DNA of 63,882 nucleotides, filler included, from Reticulomyxa filosa (taxonomy: Eukaryota; Protista; Foraminifera), in the NCBI GenBank assembly GCA_000512085.1. It is 14 parts of 14 records of this genome, joined end to end, with 100 filler letters (N's around TTAATTAATTAA, not from the genome) between each part and the next. Parts side by side here need not be neighbours in the genome. Positions count along the whole stretch, not along the records: positions 50,761 to 55,019 come from ASPP01026907.1; positions 55,120 to 57,937 come from ASPP01002746.1; positions 58,038 to 63,882 come from ASPP01005772.1; 11 more parts are not named here. One strand, written 5' to 3'. Shown piece after piece: positions 51,881-63,882 of the stretch (positions are counted from its first letter, which is position 1; each line of letters begins with the position of its first letter). Both the position numbers and the translations under genes were made by a program. Below the pieces are notes generated by a model. That model ran no database searches. It had not been told where the DNA came from and worked only from the letters and a program-made list of their open reading frames with translations.

Positions 51881-52580
51881 TATGGATCCTGTATTTTGTT
51901 TTTTTACAATGAAATCTATACAAAAAGTGTTTTTAAGGATCTTTGTACAATTTTGTATGACTACTTATTGTTGCAAATTAAAATTTTCAAATATATATCA
52001 ACAAATAATTGTTTTAATTTTGTGCAATTCGCTAAGTAATCGATTTTAATCTAAATAAAATTCAAATTGTTCTTATAATTATTTGTGTTTTTGTGATGTC
52101 CTTGTAATTATTGTCATTATCTTTTTAAATATTTTTTGCAATATCAATTATATTTATATTTTTCAAATTGATCTTTACTCTCATTATTATTTTTTTAAAT
52201 AAAATCTTTTAAGTCATATTATTATTTAGCTTATTATATCTAATATCTTTTGATAGTACAAATGCTATACTAAATTCCATATACAGCGTTCTTTGACATG
52301 AACAATAATTGGATTTTCACCACAAAATAAATGAATATTGTATTTTACATATAAATTGTACATATATTTGTAGTCAATTATGTTACAAAATCTATCTTCG
52401 TATTGTGATGAAAGGCAATTACTTGGCAAATCTCAAGACACAATTAAAATATTATTTGTTGTTATATAATTTGACAATTTTAATTTTCAATCATAAGTGT
52501 CACAGCAAATTTTATACAGATCCTTAAAAACATTTTTCTGTTATAGATTTTATTGTAAAAAACAAAATGCAGGATTCATA
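51881..52580. mobile_element. MITE-like element, ~700 bp with ~130-165-bp terminal inverted repeats, TA-flanked
   Basis: The left arm tatggatcctgtattttgttttttacaatgaaatctatac...gtttttaaggatc matches the reverse complement of gatccttaaaaac...tatagattttattgtaaaaaacaaaatgcaggattcata; no internal ORF. Confidence 0.8.
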
Positions 52581-52993
52581 TAATATATATTATTGAATCA
52601 ATTTCTATACTGCTTGTAGAAATAGTTTTTTCTTTAAGCATTATTTAGAAAAATAATTATGTTGCTATTGTATAATCATTGAAATCACTTTTATATATTT
52701 TGCGTTATTTAATAAATTATTTCAAGATAAATTAAAATTATTTTTATTTATAACAACTAATTTTTAACATTGAAATTATTATCTCAAGATTAAAATTAAA
52801 GAATAAATATCTTGTTGTTTGCTAGATAATTTTAATTTACTTATTTATTTTCATAAATTTTCGTTTATTGTAATATTATGCTAAAAACAACTGTAAAGAA
52901 AATGACAGTGATAATAAATGTTATAATTATTTTTTTCAAAAAGAAAGAAATGTAATTAAATCATAATTGTTAATCTATCATAAATATATTATA

Positions 52994-53700
52994 CAGTATT
53001 TTGCAAAAAAAACTATAAATGTAGATTTTTAGTATTTGACTTGTATATTTTATTGAAAAGATCTAAAGTACTTTTATATATACATTAAATTTTTTTAGCT
53101 TGTTTTTACAGTATAACTTTTTTTTGTAAAAAAATTTTTTTATTAAATATCAATTTGCCTTTATCACTTTGTGAATGCGCTTATGCATTAAAGAAATAAG
53201 CCTATCACACAAAATATCTTCAATCGAGTATAATTTCTTGCTAAACTTCTCAAATAACTACTCTTTGCTGGAAAATTATCCATTTTTGTAATTACGTCAC
53301 TTGGTAATCCACCGAATGTTCTAAATTGTATTTATATCTTGTTTTGCCACTTTTCGCATATGCTTTCTATCCAAAAGCATTTGCACATCTATCCATTTGT
53401 AAATCCATCATATTTCTTCCACATAATGATTTGTACTATCTTATATCTTGCATTTATTTGAAAAATTCAATGTTAAAAAAAAACTATCTTACCAAACAAA
53501 AAATTTAAAATTAATTATTCTAACTAATGTTAAAGTATTTAACGCATAATACAAGCATAAGAAAGTAAAATATAGAGTAAAGATAGTCTTTGATTTATTC
53601 TATGTATCTACAAATTATTTTTACTTTAGCTCTTTTCAATAAAGATATACCAGTCAAATAATAAAAAAGCACACTTTTTTTTAGGTATAATGTTTTTTTG
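52994..53700 (-). mobile_element. Third, more degraded copy of the Tc1-type element
   Basis: TA|CAGTATTTTGCAAAAAAAA left end, ttagtatttgacttgtata TIR core, transposase remnant and right TIR ttagctcttttcaataaagatataccagtcaaata. Confidence 0.85.
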
Positions 53701-54494
53701 TACTTTGTTATCACAATAAAGCAAAGTAATTAAATATTGATATTTAATGAAAAAAATATTTAATTAGTTATTTGTTTAAGATTTACAAAATTTTATTTGC
53801 TAAATAATGTCATTTATATATTCATTTTTATATAATACAATTTGGTAATGTGTTATAAAAGAAATTCATTTCAATATTTTATTGATCCTTCGTGATTTTT
53901 AAAAAAATTTGAAAAGCATCTTTGCGTCATCTCAAGGGAAAAAAAGGGATGCAGCGTGGCTTCTGAAAAAACGAAAAACTTGCACTCCTCAAGCCTGGGT
54001 AAACGTGTAAAGTAGTTTTTGTCATTTCATACTTGTTCATAAACACCTCATGAATGTAAAACATGAAAATCTATTAACACACAGTACTGAATATGGTCTG
54101 TTGGAGAGTGTATTCGCTTAAATGATTGCTCTTGATGAATTGTTTTTTCAACAGAGTGTCTTCTGTCATGGGAAAATGATATAAAAACGCCTTTTTTTTT
54201 ATGTAATAAAAAAAAGCTAAAAAACTTAAAACTACGCAATCAAACAACATTTCAGAAACGAAAATATTTTGTGTTACGTGCAATATCTTTTCGACAAAAA
54301 CAGAATAAAGTAAATAATTTCTGCTCACGCTTTTGCCCACCCAATGTAAAAAAAAAGATTGAAACACAATGAAATAGTAAAAAAAACTGGTCACACACAA
54401 AATGTTAAAAAATAATTAAATAAAAATATTTTTATTTATTGTTTCCTTTCAAACAAAAAAACAGATGTTGTGGGCGTTTTGGTGGGAGAGAGAG

Positions 54495-55019
54495 TTAAGT
54501 AGCCCAAACTGAAATAGAAACAGCACGTTGAGTCCATGTCTCCAGTGGGACACATGAAAGTACAGGTAATCGAACAGAGAACAAAAGTTCTTTGAATGAG
54601 TGATTGAGATAAACTGGAATAGCGACATGTACGATGTTGGATGTCTTTTGAAAGGTTTCTTCATTGTTTTCTTTTTGTTCAGAGATGCTTGTCCATCGGA
54701 ATCTTGATATCGGTAATAAGGTGCTTGTTTTGTCACTTAAGACGACACAGTCCGAGCGCTTATCCCATCCAGCACCAAACAGTGTTAATCCTTCAAAAAT
54801 GAAGCAATTTGTGTCAGGAGTATCTTTGCCTATTTCTAGTGATAAAACTAATGACTCCAAAGACCAGTGTTTGTCCATATTTTTTCGAGTAACGTATTGT
54901 CTGGTTGCGGCCATGAATCCTTCAGGACTGAAGATACCGCCCAACCATAGGCATGTTTGATAAGGGTCTTGGATATAATTGATTTGTGTCATCGAATTTA
55001 ATTGTTTTGCTCGTTTAAT
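54495..55019 (-). CDS. DYNC1H1: Cytoplasmic dynein heavy chain, extreme C-terminus
   Basis: LWLGGIFSPEGFMAATRQYV...WSLESLVL...GLTLFGAGW...IPVYLN..KELLFSV...WTQRAVSI matches the dynein-1 C-sequence (WLGGLF.PEAYITATRQ..WSLEEL..PVYLN). Confidence 0.88.
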   Translation of the reverse strand: MKRAKQLNSMTQINYIQDPYQTCLWLGGIFSPEGFMAATRQYVTRKNMDKHWSLESLVLSLEIGKDTPDTNCFIFEGLTLFGAGWDKRSDCVVLSDKTSTLLPISRFRWTSISEQKENNEETFQKTSNIVHVAIPVYLNHSFKELLFSVRLPVLSCVPLETWTQRAVSISVWAT

Positions 55020-55119
55020 NNNNNNNNNNNNNNNNNNNNNNNNNNNNNNNNNNNNNNNNNNNNTTAATTAATTAANNNNNNNNNNNNNNNNNNNNNNNNN
55101 NNNNNNNNNNNNNNNNNNN
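55020..55119. other. Artificial contig spacer
   Basis: N44-TTAATTAATTAA-N44. Confidence 0.98.
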
Positions 55120-55369
55120 CGTTTTTTCATTAAGCTTACTTTTTACATTCGGATAGGTTGCAAAAAAAAAAAAGTACGTAAAAAAAAACCAAAAATAAAA
55201 ACTTTGAAATGCGAACACTTGGTTCGCATTTTCAAATTTTTTATTTTCTTTTTTTTTAATGCGCCGAAGAATGTGTTGTTTTTTTTTTAGATTTTAATTT
55301 TATTTTTATGTTTATGACAAAACAAGCAAATGAACTGATGAATAAGTGAAATAATTAACTGATTAAAAA

Positions 55370-56410
55370 TGCAATATTTAATTGCTAAAAGTTTTACATA
55401 AAACTTGGAAGTTTGTTTTTATAACTCGTAGTCGTTATTACTTTTGTCTTTGCTTTTGTATTTGTTTGTTTTTTTGCTTCCACTTGCTTCTCATCTATGT
55501 TATCAGGGAGTGACAGCCCTGTATCGTGTGGTTGGTGCATTGTTGAAACAGATGCACCGTTGCTGGTCGGATTTTTGATAGCTTAGTTTTCTCAACTACT
55601 AATTTTTCGATCGGAGCCAAGACTTTGATGCTATCTTCCAAATCTTTTTGTGTCAAGTTTTCTTTTATTTTTGATTCAATGTCTTTGTGTCAATCTATAA
55701 CCGCTTGGACTATTGTATTTACCTTTTCCAACAATTTTTCCTTCAATTTTTTTTTTTTAAGTAAGAAGTGTGTACATAATCATTCCAAAAAAAGTACGAA
55801 CTACAAATTTTAAAAATGTAAATTGAATAAATTTTTTTTTATATATTGAACAGTATATAAAATTATAACGTCCACAAAACTTGTGCAGTATTTCGCTTAT
55901 GCAAATTTCTTAGCTTTTGCAAATCCTCAATTCTGAATTGCATTTCTTGTCGTGCAAAGTCACATTTTGTCCACAATCGGTGCGAGTCATCAACAGCGTT
56001 TCTTCCAATCGTTTGTTGTCTACTGCTTTCAATATCTCACTAATCAACATCAAAAAAAAAATAGTGGTGATTAAGTATACAATATACATAAAAAAAAATA
56101 ACACATACAACGTCACTTGCAACCTGTTAAGACATTGAATATTCGCTCGTGTCTTTGTTGGTCATTCGCCACGAGCACTTGTTGTTGTGCAGCAGCATGA
56201 TCAAAAAATAATTTATTTTTATATACATTATCACAAGTTTATAAAACAGTTCGTTCAAGTCACCCATTTGAACGTTGGACTCATTCAGTACTGTCTTGCT
56301 GGCCGATTGATAATGGCATGTACTTTCTTCTGGTTTCTAAATCAGCACAGACAAACTTCTTTTTATGGAAAAGAATCAATGGATACAACAAAGATATTAC
56401 CATGATTATC
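55370..56410 (-). CDS. Probable multi-exon hypothetical coiled-coil protein
   Basis: Minus-strand coding-like segments EILKAVDNKRLEETLL... and KEKLLEKVNTIVQAVIDWHKDIESKIKENL... separated by AT-rich intron-like stretches. Confidence 0.4.
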
Positions 56411-57937
56411 ATTCGATATTTTCTAATTTGTTTTGCAATACGAAAAACTTACCCCGTCCCAAAAAAAAAACAAAAAAATGTGTAGTCTTTCAATAGACTT
56501 AAAAATCAAGCCACGTAACTTTCATCTAATGTACACATACAGTCGAGCAGGTGCAATTCCGGTGAAAAAAAATTGATTTAGCACAAAGTTGGACTGCAAT
56601 CAGTTTTAAATGAGCCATAACGGCCTTAAATAAGTATGACTTAGAACTTGCTTATAATGAAATTGTGTTAAAAATTACGCAAACTCACAAATATATTTGA
56701 GTAATCCAAGTGTTCCTCTTTCCAAAATGCCACTTGGTTGGATTATATGATTTTTAGTTTTGTATTACTCTAATGAACAATGACTCAAGATTTAAGGGTT
56801 TATTAAAAAAAATGAATATAAATTTAAAAAATTTGACATGACCAAACCAGTATGAGACGATAGACAAACCAAATGCTGATGATAACAATCACAATCATGC
56901 CGATAATAGTAATAATAATTATGGGATATAATATAAATAATGCTATGTTTGGAATGATATACCCACCGTTGACAACACTGCCGATAATGTGGGAGCAAGT
57001 GACGCACGTGCAGATACTGTACAAAGTAATGAGAATGTAAAACATTTTTTGAGTGAATAGAGTGATATTGAAGATAAAAAGGGGGATAGTACGCTGGAAA
57101 GCGCTTTGGGACAAAATTGGAAGGAATACTGGATGGATATAATTTTCGATGAACTTCAAGAACTTTTACACACTTTGGAAAAAGGAATATTATAAAGAAG
57201 TTTTTAGAACATTGGAATTTAACTATCTGTAATATACCCTGAGATATACTCGTTATCTTGTATCCTTTTTCCAAAAACAAAGCAAGTCAGCTTAAAAATC
57301 ATTTTGCTTAAGTTCAGAAAGGAAAAAACCTATTGCATGAGATTCAACAAAAAAGTTATTAGCTGTTCTATATTTTGATAGTCTCACAAAAAATCAAAAT
57401 CAATGCTTCGAAACAAAAATAATTCTTACAACGATGAAAATTGATTAGTTTCGATAACGAAAAAAAAATTATTGTCATCCTTTTCATATTATTTCAAACT
57501 AAATCATACTACAAAAGTAGGTTGAAATAAGAATTACAATGCGACGAACACAAAAATCTAAAACGTGTTCATTTAGTGGAATATGTAATGAATAATTTTA
57601 AAAAATAAACGTATATCTACTCATCTAAAAATATCGCATTGCAAGCTTTATTTGCTAAACCATATCTTAAATCTAATTAATCAGTTTTATTATATCTGAT
57701 AAATCAATTCCATGTATCAAAATATTTGCGACATATACAAACTTTCACATTTCAACAATTTTATTCATAAAGCAAATGAAATATTACGCATATTCAATGC
57801 TTTTAATTAAAATCATAATACATAATTTAAAATCATTGTTAAACTCAAAAAAAAAAACCCAAATGCAGTGAATACAATAAAAAAGCATCAAAGTTTATAT
57901 TAACAAGTTTGAGGAGGAGCAATACATTTAAGAGTGC

Positions 57938-58037
57938 NNNNNNNNNNNNNNNNNNNNNNNNNNNNNNNNNNNNNNNNNNNNTTAATTAATTAANNNNNNN
58001 NNNNNNNNNNNNNNNNNNNNNNNNNNNNNNNNNNNNN
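57938..58037. other. Artificial contig spacer
   Basis: N44-TTAATTAATTAA-N44. Confidence 0.98.
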
Positions 58038-58081
<44 letters not shown>

Positions 58082-58083
58082 GG

Positions 58084-60783
58084 TTAAGAGAATTGAAGCA
58101 GTTGTTGCAAGGCATGTGTCCAGACACGACAGTCTTGGTCGGATAAACACTCCAAACACACATGCTTTCGTTTTAACTTAATGGATTGGAATACATACAG
58201 ATAAACAATCATAAAACAGTTGTTTTTGTCGCAATTGGACAACAAGATGTGTTTGTTCCCCGGCAAGATGTTTTCGACCCATTCCATTGGAAAGTGTTCA
58301 TACATTTCGCCGTCCTCACTTTCAATGGTGACCAAATGCGCCATTGATTGTTGTTGGCCACTCCCCGACTATTGTGATAGTTGTGATTATTACTGCTATT
58401 GCTGGCGGTATAATCATCATGACTTTTGCTTTGATACCTTCGCAGCCCGGGAGACGAGGAAGTATTTGACGAGTGCGCTTTTTCCGTGTTTGATATCTTT
58501 TTCAAGTGCTTAGCGATCAGTCTTTCCTCTTCTTCCTCCATTTTGCGACGCTCTTTGTCATCCTCGTCTGTCTCCGTTCCATTGCCCTTGTCCATCAAGT
58601 ACTGTCCCCGACGACGATGGCCACGAGGCAGCAGTTCGATCCGAATGTTAATGTTGTGCGTTGCATGTTGCTTTCGATTGCGCTTGTCTTTGCCATTGCG
58701 CGTGTTCCCATGGTCTTGATCCGGAAAGGGCGGCATCTTCAAGCGTGCGCGCACGCTTAGCGGTGCACTCATCGTGTGTTGACACATGACCGTGCCCATG
58801 GTCAGAAATGTCAGCTGCTGGGCGACTTCCAGATTGAATTCGTTCATGTACTCGATCGCCAATGGCAGACACTTGTCCACAATTGCTTGTTCAAATAGTA
58901 TCCAGTCCGATTCCATCGTTTGGGCTTCCTTCCCCCCTAAATGCAATGAGCCGATCACCGCTTTCAATACATGATACCCATCCGTGTCTGTCAAATCGCG
59001 CCATGTACGTTTATCTGCACCTGGAGAGATATACAATAAAGAGGAGAGGAAACAAACAAACAAACAAACAAATAAAAAGTCGAAAAAATTTGTTATCAAA
59101 AAAAAAAAAAAGGACGAACCTAGCATGTTGCAGATGATCTTCAAATAATGACTAAGCAAAAGCACTCGTTTGCCATACGTTGCCGAGTATTGAATATATC
59201 TGGATGCGTTGATGATAGTAACGACCCCGTCGGTACTGACCAAGTGGGATGCTGGCTTGTGGTACACAGACAGCCTCCATATGATCATGACCACGCGCAT
59301 GAGTGTGCTCATGACTTTTTTTTTGTGGACAGTGCGGACCCATACGGTGTCTTTTGCGGATACGTGGTTTGTGTGACTGACATATTTTAGCAGGTGCGTG
59401 AGTTTGTTCAACAGCCAAAATACAAACTGGCCATGCTTTGATGCGTATTCCAACGCGTATGATTGGTTGTTGATTTTTATTCGGTCCCATAATCCATTGT
59501 CACGTGGCTTGTCTTCGTCTTTGGGATGTTGCTGTTGTTCGGTAAGACTATTGTCTCCATCGTTTTGATCATTGTTGTGCGTCGAATTATAATTTTGATT
59601 TTGATTTTGATTTTGATTTGAATTTGGATTTTGCACGTGATTGAAGTTGTAGTTGTAATTGTAATTGCTGTGTGGCGTCGCGTACAACTGGTCATAGATC
59701 GGACTTTCCATAATGCCGCCATGATGGACGATGGGAGTGAACGTGTTCGAATGGGGTGTGTCCGGAGTGTATGCCCCTCCATGGTGGCCCTTTTGTTGAT
59801 GGTATTGTCTCGGAATGGGCTTGGAGTAACGATTGGTGTCCACCAATGCATCGATCATTTCCAAGTACTCTTTGATCACATCCAAATGTGAATATAACAT
59901 ATTGCCCGGTGACAATGAGGAAGTACTCGTCATATTACCATTACCATTGCCGTTGATATGGATACTAATATCACCATTGACATCATCTGTATTGGACAAC
60001 ACCACCGGATCCGATGAGTGTATCAAACCAGAGTTTTGGTGCGCACCAGAAACAGAGCTGTCTTGCATCAATGCTTTGATCATGGCCTCAAAGATATTGT
60101 ATCGATTGAGCACTTGGTAGATGCGAATGATCTTAAACAATGATGCGTCAATCTCCGATTCGGTGTCACTCAGATCGCTTATGTTGTCTTTTATCCTTTC
60201 TTCGTCGTTGTCATTGTCCGTCTCGCCATTGTCGTTATCATTGTCGGTATTGTTGATATGGTCATTCCCATTTGTCTTGTTATTGTTATCATTGTCGCCA
60301 TTTTGCCTCGCCTTTTTCCTATTTTGGCCAGTGTTTTTAGGTCGAAACAGTCGAAAGTTGCGCCACAAATGTCGCTTGATTTTCTTGCAAATGCGGACGC
60401 CCCAAGGGATCAACATGACATTGAACGGCGACTTCAGCACGTGCATTATTTGGTGGATCATTCCACTTTGCAGTAATATGGCTTGATGCTTGTATCGAGT
60501 CTCTTCGTCCAGTGGCACCAACGACGTATTCGACTGCGACGTCTTGCCCTCTTCTGGGCCTTGGCCAGAGCCCATCGTCGTCGTCGTCGTTGTCGTCAAC
60601 GGCTTCGTGTCGGAAAAGGTTTCTATTTCCGCTCTGTCGTTTGTGTGCGACGAAAGACGATTCGAGGCTACGATTGCCAAACACAGTTTGGATTTGCAAT
60701 AGGGTAAAACAAGAAAAGAGAAGAGAAGAGAAGAGAAGAGAAGTATAATGATATCCCTCATTGCAATTGCATCAATCATTTAC

Positions 60784-60827
<44 letters not shown>

Positions 60828-63800
60828 TTATAATCTTGTAAACACACCTGATGACTTACTATTATTAACTGGATCTTGTTTGCTATTTGGAGGGTTCAAT
60901 GCTGAATTGTGTGTGTCTCCTTTTAGTGGTCGTTTGTTAGTTTGATGTTGTGGTTGCTGTTGCTGGGAGGACTTTGGATCAATTGCAGACACCAAAATAT
61001 TCAACAGCTTTAAACACATCTTCATCAACGTATGATCGTCGGTATGACACTGCATGATGTTGTAAATGTGCTTATACATTTCATTGGCCATGAAGGGAAC
61101 GATAGTGGAGACATCTCGCATCATGTTGCCCACACAGCCTAGCGCCGATTGCTGAATGTGCGAAATGGTGGTTTCGTCCACGTGACTCCATTCCTCCTCT
61201 CGATTGTCTCTCTGCTTTGTTTTTTTCTTGCCATTGCTTTTGTCCTTCCACATCTCTTCTTGTTCGTGATGGAGACGCCGTTGCTCTTTCTTCTCCTCGT
61301 AAATTCTCATGTATTCCTCCATCACATTGGCCAAAAATATCGACAAATCGTGCTGATGCCACATGACCCAACTCGCCTTGCTATTGCTGCTCAAATTGCA
61401 CAAAACCAATACACGCGCGCTTCACAATCTCGCAGTGATACAAGTTTCGTTGATCACTGTAACCATTTCCTCGATCACGCCTCCTTCCAACAGCAACTGA
61501 GTGTTCTCTGAAACAGAGGCTAGGTTGGTGATGCACGTCAATGCGCTTTCGACTATGGTTACATCCACGTCCGTTTGACACTTTCGACGTTGCAATGTGA
61601 ATATGCACACCTTGCCGCCTCCGTATTTGCAGATCAGTTTCCTGTTTTGGTTGTTGTGTTCGTCGGTCGCGTCCGAATGCATACAACTGATTAATGAGTT
61701 GAAGCAATGAACACACAAATCGTCTACTTTACTGTAACGATGCAGAATTGTCAAAAGCAATTGGATTCCTAAATTAATTATGTATACATATATATATATA
61801 TATATATATACATATATAATGATAACAATAGAGCTTATTGTTCTTTCCTTTTCTCCTTTTTTTGTTTTGTTTTGTTGTTTGCCTCTCAAACCATTTGGCA
61901 CTCGAATTAGTGCTTGGACATTCATTGGGTGATTGTAAGTCATAACCTCCAAAATGTAAGAGCACTTGCGGAGCATGTTGACATCCGACTCTATGTACAT
62001 TCTGCAAATCTCCAAAACCAATCCAATGACTCCGACTTTGTGCAACATGGTCTTCATTTCGTCGTCTTCATTGCTGCCGTTGCACAGCCCGCAGCAAACA
62101 TCCAAACAGTTTTCAAGCATGATTTTGTTGTGACGACTTCTTTCCAAAGGAACCAATCGAAGCAAGTCGGTGAAGAATTGATCGCTATTCATTTTAATGA
62201 CCTCACGCAATTCTTTGGCATCGGCAATCCATTGTGACTCCACACTTTTGTTTTGGCCCATAACCGAAAGCGGCGCGTTGCGTGCATACATCAAATCGCT
62301 ATGTCCATTGTGCTGATCGGACAGACGCAATCGATAAATGATTTGTTCCACCACCTTGATCCATTGTTTTTCATTGCGCGCTTGATGCAATTCCTTTAGC
62401 AGTTGTCTGCCATCTTTGAAGTCGACACGCTTCCCTCGAGTCGGACCCATCACTCGCTTCGCACGACTTGTCTCCGACATCGTCATGCGATCGACCGGAT
62501 CGTCCGTCCAATCGTGGTTGGGATCGACATCGCCACCGCTGTTGTAAGAACTGGAATAATACACGTCAGCCCTGTCGTGCGTGTCATTAGTGGTCCTTTG
62601 GTACGACGGTGTCGGATTCAGGTTTGTGTTGGGAAAAGCACAAACTATCTTGTCATGGGTCGTCGCGTGAGGGAAATATTGCTGACTGTCAGCCGTGATT
62701 TCGTCGGGACTTTGCTTGCCGTCGCTTTCGATTTCCAAATGCGTGTGATGTGGCGACGACGTGAGCGCTGACCTGTCTGCGCTCACATCTCGGTTCATCA
62801 CGTTCAATGACGTGTGGTTGTCTTTCAATGGCGGAATGCGATACTCGTTTGTTCCCATCGAAAAGTGCGAGTTGGGACTGTCATTCCGAGCCATTTGTTG
62901 TGTCGGTGATTCGTATACGCTTTGAGTTTGGGCATACGAGTAAGCGGAGTGACTTCCAACTTCCGATTCTTTGCAGGTGTTTTGTTTTTTTTTTTTTTTT
63001 GGTATGTATGTGTGTTTTTTGTTTTCGATATATGTACATATATACATATATGTACAATGTATGTATATGTATACTTGTTACCTGTACTCTGATTGTAATG
63101 TGGTTGATTCGATGGAATAATGGACAAATGATCATTTTGCTGCAATTGAGATCTTAACTCGTAAGTACGATTTTCATTGTGATGCTTTGCCTTGTTTTTG
63201 CGCTTCTTGCTCGATTGGTTTCGTTGGACTCGAGTCCGGTCTCTCTCGTTCTTGGACTGGTGTGTATTGCCATTTCGATGGGAACGGATGTCGTTCTGTG
63301 CATTCAAATTCGAAGTGGAGCTAATGAAGGCATTGGAGTCGGAATCGGAGCCCATTGGGGCAAGACGAGAGGAGTTGGACTCGGAGTTGTGATGATGCAC
63401 ATCCGAGTGTGTGCTCGCAGGCTGTTTCGACGCGAGACGACCATTCTGTTGACTATCATGCTTTAAAAAGTCGTGAAACTTGGAAAAGGTTTGCATGACA
63501 TGGGCTTTGAACTTTTCATTGTCGCTTTCTTTTTCGAGGATGGTCCGTCCTTTTTTTTTGAGCTGTGTTTCTTCGATGACTTTTGTCGTGCTGAGTGACG
63601 AGAATGCGCACGTTTTTGTGAGTTCAAGCGATGCTTGCTATTGTTTTTGATTTCGCTTGACTCGTATCCATCATCGCCATTGTCATCATTATCATCGTCA
63701 TTATTTTCATCATCATTATCATCCTCATCGTTGTCATTGTCACTACTGCGATTACTTTTACTATTGCCATCGCCATTGCCATCACCATCACCATCACCAT

Positions 63801-63882
63801 CGTCATCGTCATCGTTATCGTCATCGTTATCGTCATGTCTATCATGCCTATTGTCATTAGTCTCGTTATCGTCATCATGATT
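58084..63882 (-). CDS. Large multi-exon armadillo-repeat protein with N/D-rich low-complexity inserts and a PH-like C-terminal end (5' end beyond window)
   Basis: ARM-like segments (LHKVGVIGLVLEICR, NRKLICKYGGGK, ESALTCITNLASVSENTQLLLEGGVIEEM, SALGCVGNM) and C-terminal HVCLECLSDQDCRVWTHALQQLL (PH-like terminal helix with Trp). TA-microsatellite introns; several frameshifts. Confidence 0.75.

Noticed and set aside
56540-56640. Possible further TA|CAGTCGAG transposon terminus
   Set aside because: No matching inverted end or second copy found in the window.
56824-57159. Small hydrophobic ORF
   Set aside because: No recognisable motif; hydrophobic ORFs arise readily in AT-rich DNA.
6502-58037. 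Thirteen identical TTAATTAATTAA motifs flanked by N-runs, superficially a regularly repeated array
   Set aside because: Artificial concatenation linkers (exactly 100 nt, stops in six frames); not CRISPR or a biological repeat. They also invalidate gene-neighbourhood inferences across them.
63624-63882. His-rich, Ser-rich or Met-rich ORFs in several frames
   Set aside because: Shadow frames of trinucleotide repeats that encode a D/N/G-rich low-complexity tract on the minus strand.

Overview
AT-rich eukaryotic genomic DNA with intron-containing genes and the standard genetic code. It is not one locus. Fourteen short contigs are joined by 13 identical artificial 100-nt spacers (N44-TTAATTAATTAA-N44, stops in all six frames), so adjacency across spacers has no biological meaning. 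The gene families (a WD40 family with the 'IGVIGGNGY' and 'KLGWIDDFDK' signatures, 42-aa TPR arrays, a caspase-like pseudogene) and the TA-microsatellite introns point to a foraminiferan draft genome such as Reticulomyxa filosa; this is an inference from recalled family signatures. Recognisable genes: NSUN2/Trm4 C-terminus, farnesyltransferase beta N-terminus, axonemal dynein p28 (DNALI1), ribonucleotide reductase R2, MATE transporter, Aph-1, a RelA/SpoT-like nucleotidyltransferase-motif protein, a sulfotransferase-like protein, a TPR protein, a PMP-repeat surface protein, a GT60 GlcNAc transferase, MetRS C-terminus with EMAP-II domain, cytoplasmic dynein heavy chain C-terminus and a large ARM-repeat protein. 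Non-coding content includes three copies of an internally deleted Tc1-type transposon (one with a nested insertion) and other long-TIR MITE-like elements. The best novelty candidates are a GC-rich rod-like candidate ncRNA followed by a U-tract (34797-34920, minus strand), a structured long intron in the RNR R2 gene, a putative SOCS/F-box-like adaptor motif on the WD40 protein, and the eukaryotic RelA/SpoT-like protein. Several conserved genes carry 1-nt frameshifts at homopolymers, most likely sequencing errors. All calls were made by eye; no database searches were run.
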